NCBI GenBank assembly: GCA_964013425.1
Contig: CAXGWC010000001.1
Location: forward strand, 51,201-115,200
DNA: 64,000 nt
Direction: 5' to 3'
Origin: an uncultured Candidatus Poseidoniales archaeon
GTDB lineage: Archaea; Thermoplasmatota; Poseidoniia; Poseidoniales; Thalassarchaeaceae
Positions 26,791-34,727 of the stretch are shown in pieces (position 1 is the first letter of the stretch; the number at the start of each line of letters is the position of its first letter). The notes under the pieces were generated by a model. That model ran no database searches and had not been told where the DNA came from. It saw only the letters and a list, made by a program, of their open reading frames with translations. Both the position numbers and the translations under genes were made by a program.

Positions 26791-27453
26791 TTAGATAATA
26801 TCTATCACTTCTTCCAAATCATAGTCAGATTCTGGACTCACTTTCTTGGTATCTCCATACACGGTTATTTTCATTCCTTCAAATGGCTCGATCCCTCTGT
26901 CAATCCTATCAATAATTCTCCATCTGGGAGCATACGATAGATGAATCCAAAGAGGCCCAGGAAGAATATAGGTCAACCAACCTAATCTATCGAGAAAAAT
27001 CCCATACTGATCATCTATGAATGAGGCTGATAGTATAGTAAGTCCGATGAATGGAAGAACAAAAAGAATCCTCCTAAGATAGAGAAGCCTCGCGGGGGGC
27101 CTCTTTACAATCGTTGAAGTTAGGATCGAGAAAGCGCCTAAAAGGGAGGTTACAGCGACAATTACAAGCATCTGGAAAAGCCAATATCTTCCAATTTGAG
27201 AATAATCATCTCCGATAGAAAGACTGGCATATACCAATGGAGGAAGTAGCGCAATTGAAATCATAAGGCCGTAGAGTCCACCTACGAAGATAGGATGGCA
27301 TAGAGTCAGAGAATCTCTAAGGAAGAAATTACTCACAGTGCCTCCTCTTAGCATATGCCTATGCTCAGAATCCATGGATTCAACCACATTCTGCCACCCT
27401 TCCACAGACCTCTGCCAACAAATCCCAATTATCACGGTTGGGGTGTTTATCAA
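26791..27453 (-). CDS. Hypothetical integral membrane protein
   Basis: Four to five hydrophobic helices and no recognised motif. The start is uncertain (several in-frame Met). Confidence 0.45.
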   Translation of the reverse strand: MINTPTVIIGICWQRSVEGWQNVVESMDSEHRHMLRGGTVSNFFLRDSLTLCHPIFVGGLYGLMISIALLPPLVYASLSIGDDYSQIGRYWLFQMLVIVAVTSLLGAFSILTSTIVKRPPARLLYLRRILFVLPFIGLTILSASFIDDQYGIFLDRLGWLTYILPGPLWIHLSYAPRWRIIDRIDRGIEPFEGMKITVYGDTKKVSPESDYDLEEVIDII

Positions 27454-27557
27454 TCAAAACAGCTCACTAGTAAATTATGTGACCTCCAAATTAGGATTCG
27501 AAGAAGAAACTATATCCGGAGGGATTATCATACTGCCACTAGTCCCGTAGTTCCGAT

Positions 27558-28733
27558 GTGCCTATGAGTGAAGATGAGGTATTATTCAATATCAAGGAAT
27601 CTAATCTTGATAGTGGCCTCCGAGGGGTACCTGTGGGGACTTGTGAAACATCTTATGTTGACCCACTAGAAGGCGTCCACTATGTTGGATATCCTGTTGA
27701 GGACTTAGTAAATCTAGAGGAGGAGGATGTTGTTTACCTATTGTTAAACAAAGAACTTCCAACACCTGAACAATCTGAGAAATTCAGATCAGAACTCGCA
27801 ATGAGAGGGGAAACACTGCCAACCGGTGCATTGAGGGTATTGGAATCACTTACCCCAGGTAGTGGACATCCAATGGATTGGTTAGCTATCGGAATTATGG
27901 CATTAGGGACTGCTGAACCGACTGGCGATGCAAAGTCGGATTCCATGAACCTAATTGCAAGAATGCCAGAACTAATGGCCCGTGTATTCCTACTAAGAGG
28001 AGGTAAGAAGGAACAGCTCAAACCTAGAAAACCAGAACTTGGTTTGGTCGAGAACTTCGTCCACATGATTGGAATCGAAGGCGATGAAGCAGAAAGGATG
28101 AACAGAGTCCTAAGATTCTTTTTCATACTACACCTAGATCATGGAGGGGGTAATCTCTCGACCTTCACAGGAAAAGCTGTTGCTTCAGGAAGGGCTTCTG
28201 TTTATGCGGCAATGTCAAGTGCAATGAATGCTCTTTCGGGGCCCTTGCATGGTAGGGCAAATCAGGCTGTATTGGAGTTTATCCAACGTATTGGAACATC
28301 CGATAGAGACCAGATAGAGTCATTCGTAAACGCAGAAATCGACTCGAATAGGCCGATATATGGATTTGGGCATGGAGTTCTAAGTGCTGAGGACCCACGT
28401 GCTAGGCTACTAATTGGCCTCGGGGAGGAAATTTGTCCCGATGATGAATTATACAAAACCGTCAAAGTCCTCCGTGAAATAACTCCTAATATACTAAAAG
28501 AAAGACTCCCAAAGATAAGAAATCCCTATGCAAATGTGGACCTAGGGAGTGGAATGTTGTTACATTCGGTGGGTTTCAGAAAACCAGATTATTACACTAC
28601 CTTCTTTGGATGGGCCAGAGTCGCTGGTATTTGTGCCCAGATACTAGATGAGAGAAATGCGAGGAAAGGTAGAGGGACTCCGATTTACAGACCCAAGTAT
28701 ATACCACGCAACCAACCTATTCGGAGACTGTGA
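27558..28733 (+). CDS. gltA: Citrate synthase
   Basis: HLDHGGGNLSTF, GFGHGVL and NVDLGSG catalytic blocks. 391 aa. Confidence 0.9.
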   Translation: MPMSEDEVLFNIKESNLDSGLRGVPVGTCETSYVDPLEGVHYVGYPVEDLVNLEEEDVVYLLLNKELPTPEQSEKFRSELAMRGETLPTGALRVLESLTPGSGHPMDWLAIGIMALGTAEPTGDAKSDSMNLIARMPELMARVFLLRGGKKEQLKPRKPELGLVENFVHMIGIEGDEAERMNRVLRFFFILHLDHGGGNLSTFTGKAVASGRASVYAAMSSAMNALSGPLHGRANQAVLEFIQRIGTSDRDQIESFVNAEIDSNRPIYGFGHGVLSAEDPRARLLIGLGEEICPDDELYKTVKVLREITPNILKERLPKIRNPYANVDLGSGMLLHSVGFRKPDYYTTFFGWARVAGICAQILDERNARKGRGTPIYRPKYIPRNQPIRRL

Positions 28734-30071
28734 TTACTGTTCTCTGAGAGATGAAAGAGCAGCTTCCACAGCCGCCATCGTAATCCTCTCTCCGCTTTCT
28801 CTAACCATGGTAGCAACTTCCTCGACCTCATGTTCTTCCGCACCTGCGGCTGCCACCATATTCATCAGATGTAACTTCATATGCCCAGCCTGAATTCCAA
28901 CTGTGGCGAGAGCTCTCAACGCACCGAGGTTCTGCGCCAGTCCAGCCGCTGCCATTACCTTAGCCAGATCATTGGCGTTACGTAAACCCAATAATGCAAC
29001 ATTTGCTTGTGCTCCAGGGTGAATTCTAACGGCACCACCTACTAACCCTACTGCCATTGGAATTTCAATTGATCCGACTAGATTGCCATCGGAGTCTTTT
29101 TCCCAGTGAGTCATTGACGAATATTCTCTCCCAAATGATGCATAAGAGTGAGCTCCTGACTCTATGGCCCTCCAGTCCTGCCCACACGCTATAGCAATAG
29201 GTGAAATCGCGTTCATTATCCCCTTATTGTGAGTGGTCGCCCTGAATGGATCGGCCGCGGCAAAGTGATATGCTTGAATCACGCCATCGATAACATTAGA
29301 GCCATTTTCTGAATCTAAACCATCATCTGACATCTCTTCAGGAGTGAATATTGCACTTACCTTGGCCAGCCTGTGTACTGCTAGGTTACTAATTATGCGG
29401 AGTATTACAGTTCCGGAACTCAACTCTTCAATTCTTTGAGCTATTGTCTCTGCCATGGTATTGACAGCATTGGCCCCCATTGCATCCCTACAATCAACAA
29501 GGATATGCACGATGACCATCGGTCCAGATTCTGTATCTATGATTCGAACCTCTACGTCCCTGCATCCTCCTCCAAATTTTACAAGGATCGGATCAACCTC
29601 GTTGCAAGCATCAATCAACTCGTTTTTGGATGAGAGGATGGCATCTTTGGCTAAGTATGGATTCTCACATCCAACAACCTGAATTTGACCTATCATTACG
29701 GGATCATCATTATCTGAAACAAAACCCCCATTGGAATGGCACCTCTTAGCCATGTTGGAAGCGGCCGCTACCACACTCGCTTCTTCAACAACGAATGGTA
29801 TCAGGTAATGCTCGCCATCAATGATGAAGTTTGTAGCCACTCCAATCGGTAAGGAGTATGTACCAATTACATTCTCTATCATCCTATCTGCGACTTCTTC
29901 CGAAAGCTCCCCATTAGATGCCCAGGCCTTTACCATATCATCCTCTAGTCCTGTAATCTCAGAGAGCAAGTTCCTCCTCTCCGAGACAGATAGTTTGTAG
30001 AATCCTTTCAATCGACTGCTATCCACTGGCATGTTATCATACCTAGTCGGCGTAAACACCCTTCTGTACAT
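28734..30071 (-). CDS. hmgA: HMG-CoA reductase, class II
   Basis: ENVIGTYSLPIGVATNFIIDG, EEASVVAAAS, DAMGANAVNT and VGLVGGAVRIHP blocks are typical of class II enzymes. No N-terminal membrane domain. Confidence 0.9.
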   Translation of the reverse strand: MYRRVFTPTRYDNMPVDSSRLKGFYKLSVSERRNLLSEITGLEDDMVKAWASNGELSEEVADRMIENVIGTYSLPIGVATNFIIDGEHYLIPFVVEEASVVAAASNMAKRCHSNGGFVSDNDDPVMIGQIQVVGCENPYLAKDAILSSKNELIDACNEVDPILVKFGGGCRDVEVRIIDTESGPMVIVHILVDCRDAMGANAVNTMAETIAQRIEELSSGTVILRIISNLAVHRLAKVSAIFTPEEMSDDGLDSENGSNVIDGVIQAYHFAAADPFRATTHNKGIMNAISPIAIACGQDWRAIESGAHSYASFGREYSSMTHWEKDSDGNLVGSIEIPMAVGLVGGAVRIHPGAQANVALLGLRNANDLAKVMAAAGLAQNLGALRALATVGIQAGHMKLHLMNMVAAAGAEEHEVEEVATMVRESGERITMAAVEAALSSLREQ

Positions 30072-30146
30072 TTCGCTTGAATATCTCTCATAATGTCACT
30101 TAGGAGACCTGATTATCTGATCTAGCTAATATAATTTAATCACAAT

Positions 30147-30321
30147 AAAGCGTTAATTTACACATTAACGCTTTGTTAACGTATAATTAAAGCGTTAGTA
30201 ATACGTTAATATTACTAATTCAAATTCGATATACTACTCTAAACTGTTGAAAATTGTATATCGAAATATGCGTAAATATGCGTTAATAATAACTTTCCTA
30301 TCCGTTAGTAAACGTTAATCT
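30147..30321. promoter_or_regulatory. Array of CGTTA(A/G)T boxes in the AT-rich divergent intergenic region (operator array or origin-like element)
   Basis: Eight exact CGTTA/TAACG cores plus one variant. Perfect palindrome AAAGCGTTAAT-N6-ATTAACGCTTT at 30147-30174. Composite box CGTTAGTAA(T)ACGTTAAT at 30193-30210 and 30303-30319. Tandem ATATGCGT(A/T)A x2 at 30267-30286. Confidence 0.7.
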
Positions 30322-30331
30322 TATCTACCCC

Positions 30332-32239
30332 TTGCTATTCACCACCAACGTGGCAGGTAACGTATCCGAGAATCTTGGATTGCCCCTACTGAGAGGTAAC
30401 CCCTTTGATCTCAGGCCAATCGAAAGTGGTAGAGCTGAGTACCTAGTCGGACGGGATAGACTAATCGCTTCTTGGAGAGAACATATTATTTCACAATCAC
30501 CAAGGATGTTACTACTTGTTGGAGAGAGGGGATCTGGACGTTCATCAGTTGTGAGAACTCTAGCTTCACAGACGAGAAGAAGTTTCGTCGGCCAGTATTG
30601 GCCTACAACCGATCCCGTCAACGCAATCATTCATGAATTAGCAATTCATTTCTGTGGGTTTAGCTCATCGGGTTCAAATCAGAAAATGATAGATGATTTA
30701 GTCTCCAATCTGGAGGAGAGTTCCGGATCCCTCCCCGTGATATCTCTTGACTATCCATCAAATATAGAAATCTCCATGGTATTAAATTCAATATCTCCCA
30801 TTCTTCAAAGACTGAGGGCACTAGTCATCGTAGTACTGACTCCCTCTCAATTGTCTTCTATCGATGAAGAAACTCTTGAGCTTTATGACAGGCCAGAATA
30901 TACAACACATCTTTCTAAAGAACAAATCCAAGAGCTATCTAACAGACTCGTATCTAGGAAGGCAAGAGAGAAATGGATCATTGACGATACTTTACTATCA
31001 AGGATTCATGAATCTACCTCTGGAAACCCTAGAGATGTTATTCGAATTTTGAGGGATCTCATTGATGAGAGAAGGGATGTTGGCGCACATGGGGCACTAG
31101 AGAGACTAATGCGTTGGAAAATTACCAATGATTCCAGTGACAAGGATGTCAAGGATGCTCAAAATAAAATTTTATTTTCGGATGAATCTCAAGGTCATAT
31201 CGCTGAAGAGAAAGATCAATTATCCGTAGATGAGCCTCTCCAAACCCGTGATTTCAAACCACAATCGACCGATTCTGATAGTGATGAATCAATCCAAGAC
31301 GTTACTAGATACATCGAAGATAAAGAAAATAACCTTCCCGGCGAAGAGCTTGAAGAATACCACCTCAATTTCCAATCAGAAACAGGTGAAAGTCAAGTAA
31401 ATACTGAGGAGATCTCTGAAGATCCGGATGACCTATGGGAGAGTGAAACAGGAACCGATATGGAAGAAATGCCTGTAGAAAGTGATGCTGAGCAAGGGAC
31501 ATTGGATGATTTCATCTACCTGCAACCGGGTACAGAGCCTCCAATGTTTCATTCAGGAAGTGGTTTCAAAGGCCTTGCCCATAGATCAAAATTAGCCCAA
31601 AGCCAACAGCCCAGTGAGAAAGAAGATACTCCAATCATAGAGTCAGTATCTGAGATTTCACCTCTGTGGGAGGGAGACAAGATAGACATTGAAAGGAATC
31701 AACCAGAAAACAATATTCCAACAATTAGTAATATCGAGACAGAGTGGGAAATAGAAGACTCGCATCTTCCAGAAAAAGAAACCTCTAGTGTCATTTCTAC
31801 TGATTCCGCTCATTGGTCAGTCGAGCCTTCAATGACCTCTTCTTTGCCTGTTTTCGAGGATCATGGAACTGATATTATTGATACTCCATTCGGTATCGAA
31901 GACGCTCCTGTTCCACCAAGTGATATTATCGAAAATAAACATGAAAATCCCCTTAGGGAAAACTTCCGTCCAACTACTACATGGGAGCCGGACAATCCTT
32001 TTGATGAAGAGAGGAGCATATACCTTAATGAAGCTGAAATGCTAGTGATATCTACGGCTTCAGAGAGAGAAATTTCCCCCTCAGATGCAGAACTACAGGC
32101 CAGGCTCGAGGTAGGAAGACCTCGCCTTTCTCAGATATACAACGGACTATACAAGTCCGGATACCTCTCTGTCAGGAAGCAAGGAAGAAAGAGACTGTTC
32201 AAAATCACAGAAGCGGCACAGAAACTAGTGGAGGCATAA
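30332..32239 (+). CDS. Degenerate Orc1/Cdc6-like AAA+ protein with long acidic linker and C-terminal winged helix
   Basis: TTG start. Orc/Cdc6-like order YLVGRDRLI..LLLVGERGSGRSS (Walker A with R for K), VISLDY (Walker B without the DE pair) and SGNPRDVIRILRDL (sensor-2-like). aa ~262-562 are D/E/S-rich low complexity. The C-terminal wHTH-like block is ISPSDAELQARLEVGRPRLSQIYNGLYKSGYLSVRKQGRKRLFKIT. Confidence 0.6.
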   Translation: MLFTTNVAGNVSENLGLPLLRGNPFDLRPIESGRAEYLVGRDRLIASWREHIISQSPRMLLLVGERGSGRSSVVRTLASQTRRSFVGQYWPTTDPVNAIIHELAIHFCGFSSSGSNQKMIDDLVSNLEESSGSLPVISLDYPSNIEISMVLNSISPILQRLRALVIVVLTPSQLSSIDEETLELYDRPEYTTHLSKEQIQELSNRLVSRKAREKWIIDDTLLSRIHESTSGNPRDVIRILRDLIDERRDVGAHGALERLMRWKITNDSSDKDVKDAQNKILFSDESQGHIAEEKDQLSVDEPLQTRDFKPQSTDSDSDESIQDVTRYIEDKENNLPGEELEEYHLNFQSETGESQVNTEEISEDPDDLWESETGTDMEEMPVESDAEQGTLDDFIYLQPGTEPPMFHSGSGFKGLAHRSKLAQSQQPSEKEDTPIIESVSEISPLWEGDKIDIERNQPENNIPTISNIETEWEIEDSHLPEKETSSVISTDSAHWSVEPSMTSSLPVFEDHGTDIIDTPFGIEDAPVPPSDIIENKHENPLRENFRPTTTWEPDNPFDEERSIYLNEAEMLVISTASEREISPSDAELQARLEVGRPRLSQIYNGLYKSGYLSVRKQGRKRLFKITEAAQKLVEA

Positions 32240-32240
32240 T

Positions 32241-32534
32241 ATGGATGAAGACGTATTAATTACGGAAGATAGAGTAAAGAAATATATCTCAATCACTCTT
32301 CAAGCAAGGAATAAGGCCACACCAAATAATCTTAGCAAGGAGGACCTGGAAAAATTAGACTCAATGATGAGGATGTGCGATGACTACTACTCAGATGCGA
32401 AGTACTTCCTTGAGAAAGGTGATTTAGTCCGGGCATTCGGAGCGATAAACTACTCGCATGCATGGATTGACGCAGCAGTAAAGATCGGCCTTATGGATGG
32501 GCATGGAGATGATGTTCTATTCACTCTTCCCTAA
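32241..32534 (+). CDS. DUF357-family archaeal protein
   Basis: YYSDAKYFLEKGDLVRAFGAINYSHAWIDAAVKIGL matches the DUF357 helical signature. Starts 1 nt after the previous stop. Confidence 0.6.
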   Translation: MDEDVLITEDRVKKYISITLQARNKATPNNLSKEDLEKLDSMMRMCDDYYSDAKYFLEKGDLVRAFGAINYSHAWIDAAVKIGLMDGHGDDVLFTLP

Positions 32535-32896
32535 TCAACAAGGCGTAGCATTCTATCTGATACTACTTCGATATAGGAGCAACCAGACTCAGATAGTTTT
32601 TCCTTCAATCTAGTATCAACCGTGAGTACTGGCCAGTTATTCATCTTTGAAAGCCGTAGGAGCATCATGTCAGTGTGCTTCTCCCCAGGGGGATCATCCA
32701 TCATATCTGAGCGACTCTTCAAGAGTCCGAGGAGAAGCCCCCTCTTGCCCCTTGATAGGCCATCCAGCTCTTTCCAGACACTATCAATTACTATCAAATC
32801 CGGCTTTCCAATGACATTGGACATCGCAGAATCCAAGTTCAACCCTGACTTGACCAATGCAATCCAGCCACAGGTATCGACGAGAACTCCCGCCAA
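32531..32896 (-). CDS. PIN-domain protein, Fcf1/COG1412-like
   Basis: N-terminal VLVDTCGWIALV, the acidic PIN motif. It occupies the conserved position directly downstream of aIF2-gamma seen in archaea. Confidence 0.6.
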   Translation of the reverse strand: MAGVLVDTCGWIALVKSGLNLDSAMSNVIGKPDLIVIDSVWKELDGLSRGKRGLLLGLLKSRSDMMDDPPGEKHTDMMLLRLSKMNNWPVLTVDTRLKEKLSESGCSYIEVVSDRMLRLVD

Positions 32897-32900
32897 TTAA

Positions 32901-34142
32901 TCACCCTTTGATAGTTCCATGGCCTATCAGTCTCCATCTGGCGCCTACTCTTCTAGATAGTGTGATCCTGCTTCCTTTCTTCGCGCATATTGGCAACCTC
33001 AGTGCTAGCCTAGCTTCTCCCTTCTTGGAGGACGAGACAGTTCCAACACTGGTAGCAGTAGCAGAGTTTACCATAAGCATCTCATTCGTTTGTAGTGGCT
33101 TTACCACGCCTTCTTCGCCTTCTCCTCCAGAGACCATCTTATCTAAAAGCTCCAATTCAAGGTCCAAGGATTCCCAGACAGGAGGCAACTCTCCCTCCTT
33201 CGCCATCACTTGTCCCGAGAGGTCATCTGCCTTCGTTGACATCGGGTCCATGGGGGTAGCTATTCCACAAAGTCCACCAGCATGAGCCGATTGAAGATCC
33301 AGTCCACCAGCTTGGATATTTTCTATTGTGGTCTTCAAAGGCTCCCATCTAGTTTTATTTCCCTCTGAAATCCTTCTTCCGGGAGCGATTAGAATGGAGT
33401 CTCCGACACTAAAAGACCCCTCGACAATACTGCCACCTATTATTCCCCCTCTAAGTTTATTCGGCCTCGAACCGGGCCTATTGACATCGAAAGAGCGCGC
33501 TACATACATCAGGCCCTTATCCTCAGAGTCTAGAGAGGGGCTAGGAATCGTATCCTCTATGGCCTGAATCAACATGTCCAGATTAACATCATGATGTGCT
33601 GAAACAGGAACTATCGGAGACCCCTCTGCTATCGTACCTTCTATGAAAGAAAGTATTTCTTGGTAGGACTCAATCGCACGCTCTTTACTTACGATATCGA
33701 CCTTATTCTGTACTACGACTATGTTTTCTATACCAGCAATCTGTAAGGCGGCCAAATGCTCTCTAGTCTGCGCTTGGGGACATGTCTCATTAGCGGCCAC
33801 CAACAGTAAGGCACCATCCATTATAGCTGCACCTGAAATCATGACGGCCATCAGAGTCTCGTGTCCTGGCGCATCCACAAACGAAATAACTCTTAGAAGA
33901 TCACTCTCGGAGTCTTCTCCTCCATCTGGATTCTTTCCTCTGGCATAGTATTCTCCTTCTTTATTCTTGTAAAATGCAGTATCTGCGTATCCAAGTTTTA
34001 TGCTGATTCCACGTTTCCTCTCTTCGGAATGAGTATCTGTCCAAGTGCCAGAAAGAGCCTGTGTCAGAGTAGTCTTTCCGTGGTCAACGTGTCCGACCAT
34101 TCCAATGTTTACTTCCGGCTGACTAGGTAGATCACTTGTCAG
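32901..34142 (-). CDS. eif2g: Translation initiation factor aIF2 gamma subunit (non-canonical start inferred)
   Basis: QPEVNIGMVGHVDHGKTTL (G1), DAPGHE (G3) and NKVD (G4). The conserved QPEVNIG strand lies upstream of the first ATG (34100). The frame is open back to CTG 34142, preceded by GGAG. Confidence 0.85.
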   Translation of the reverse strand: MTSDLPSQPEVNIGMVGHVDHGKTTLTQALSGTWTDTHSEERKRGISIKLGYADTAFYKNKEGEYYARGKNPDGGEDSESDLLRVISFVDAPGHETLMAVMISGAAIMDGALLLVAANETCPQAQTREHLAALQIAGIENIVVVQNKVDIVSKERAIESYQEILSFIEGTIAEGSPIVPVSAHHDVNLDMLIQAIEDTIPSPSLDSEDKGLMYVARSFDVNRPGSRPNKLRGGIIGGSIVEGSFSVGDSILIAPGRRISEGNKTRWEPLKTTIENIQAGGLDLQSAHAGGLCGIATPMDPMSTKADDLSGQVMAKEGELPPVWESLDLELELLDKMVSGGEGEEGVVKPLQTNEMLMVNSATATSVGTVSSSKKGEARLALRLPICAKKGSRITLSRRVGARWRLIGHGTIKG

Positions 34143-34161
34143 CTAGACCATCTCCAACTAT

Positions 34162-34656
34162 TCACTCCTCTTCACCAGAGGACTGATCCGCAGGAACTTC
34201 TTCTTCGATACCAAATATGACGCCAAGAGGCCTTTTCCCAGCCTCAACTATCTTCAGGTTAATCTGCCTAGTTTCCTGCCCTATTACGTTACCACGAAGG
34301 TTCCTCCTCCTTCTTAGCCCATCATACTTGTAGCGGTAGATCTTGCCCTTCTTGTTGACTTTCTTATCTCCCTTGTAACCTATCCCAGCGGTGATCAGCA
34401 CTGACTTTACTCCACTACCATCAATATCTGGGCGCATAGGCCTTCCTGTTAGATCCGATCCTCCAGTGATTTCCAGGCGATATCCAGTCAGCGATTGGTC
34501 GCCTTCTCCGATAAACATCCCATCTACCGAATCGCCTATCTTTTTTCCAAGGAAATGATTGTAATTAGAACCAGTTATTTCAACCGAGAAGGCACGCCCT
34601 CCATACTTTGGATTAGTATCGTTAACGACTGCCTTGAATGACTGTTCGCCTGCCAT
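34162..34656 (-). CDS. rps6e: 30S ribosomal protein S6e
   Basis: FKAVVNDTNPKYGGRAFSVEI..GDSVDGMFIG..GYRLEITGGSD..GRPMRPDI is the typical S6e core, followed by a short acidic C-terminal tail. Confidence 0.85.
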   Translation of the reverse strand: MAGEQSFKAVVNDTNPKYGGRAFSVEITGSNYNHFLGKKIGDSVDGMFIGEGDQSLTGYRLEITGGSDLTGRPMRPDIDGSGVKSVLITAGIGYKGDKKVNKKGKIYRYKYDGLRRRRNLRGNVIGQETRQINLKIVEAGKRPLGVIFGIEEEVPADQSSGEEE

Positions 34657-34727
34657 ATTTACACCTTGGACGGCAACCCGACATGAGGCCCCTATAAGAG
34701 CGGTTCGGAAGTAATGATAAATCGCCT

